Below, piece by piece: positions 63,631 through 64,000 of a DNA stretch of 64,000 nt. The notes beneath the pieces were generated by a model. That model did no database searches. It was given only the letters and a program-made list of their open reading frames with translations, and was not told where the DNA came from. The stretch comes from Octopus vulgaris (Eukaryota): positions 5,146,001 to 5,210,000 of the forward strand of contig OX597819.1 in assembly GCA_951406725.2 (NCBI GenBank). Reading direction: 5' to 3'. Each line of letters starts with the position of its first letter. Positions within the stretch are counted from its first letter, which is position 1. The translations under genes and the position numbers were made by a program.

Positions 63631-64000
63631 TAGGTCATTAGTTTGTTATGGCCAACTCATTGTAAACCTCTCTGGCTCCAACTCATCAAATTGTAAATAG
63701 ATGCAATGAGGAGAACTGTTGTTTATGTTGAATGTCTTCACCTTCATCTTCTACCAGTTACTTTTTTTTTCTAGTATGATATATCGATTCTTTTCTTTTT
63801 AATATCTTGGCTAGTGAAGTAAATTTGAGTAATACCAATATCATCATTGCCAGGAGCGTTACCACAGCCAGCCTCTTCTTCCTTGTCATCACTATCATGA
63901 GAGCACCATCACCACCACCACAACTACTGCCAGCAACCATCATCATCGTTATTATCCATCGTAGTGAGTGATAGTTAGATCACACTGAAAAACATGATTA

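Overview
AT-rich, repeat-saturated eukaryotic DNA, most likely a cephalopod (Octopus-like), judged from the tRNA-derived SINE families, (TAA)n/(GAT)n/(TA)n microsatellites and very long introns. This is an inference from recalled repeat families; no search was run. The only host gene I can support is a spliced PLEKHF2/Phafin2-like gene on the + strand. Three phase-compatible exons (47622-47686, 53994-54131, 55175-55238) encode the N-terminal PH domain, with candidate upstream microexons at 34267-34283 and 37765-37784; the rest of the gene probably lies beyond the window. Almost all ORFs in the track are repeat artefacts. Mobile DNA includes several SINE families, RTE, R4/Dong-like and Tx1-like LINE fragments, Helitrons, piggyBac-, hAT- and Tc1/pogo-like MITEs, a Crypton-like element and a decayed AcademX-like transposase. 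The two most interesting signals are: (1) a (GAT)n-tailed retroposon whose 5' part is a variable-number 61-67 bp tandem array, each unit showing a covarying H-type pseudoknot plus two hairpins (17 motifs at 9255-10346); and (2) several Penelope-like inverted repeats carrying minimal hammerhead ribozymes, one of them inside a PLEKHF2 intron.
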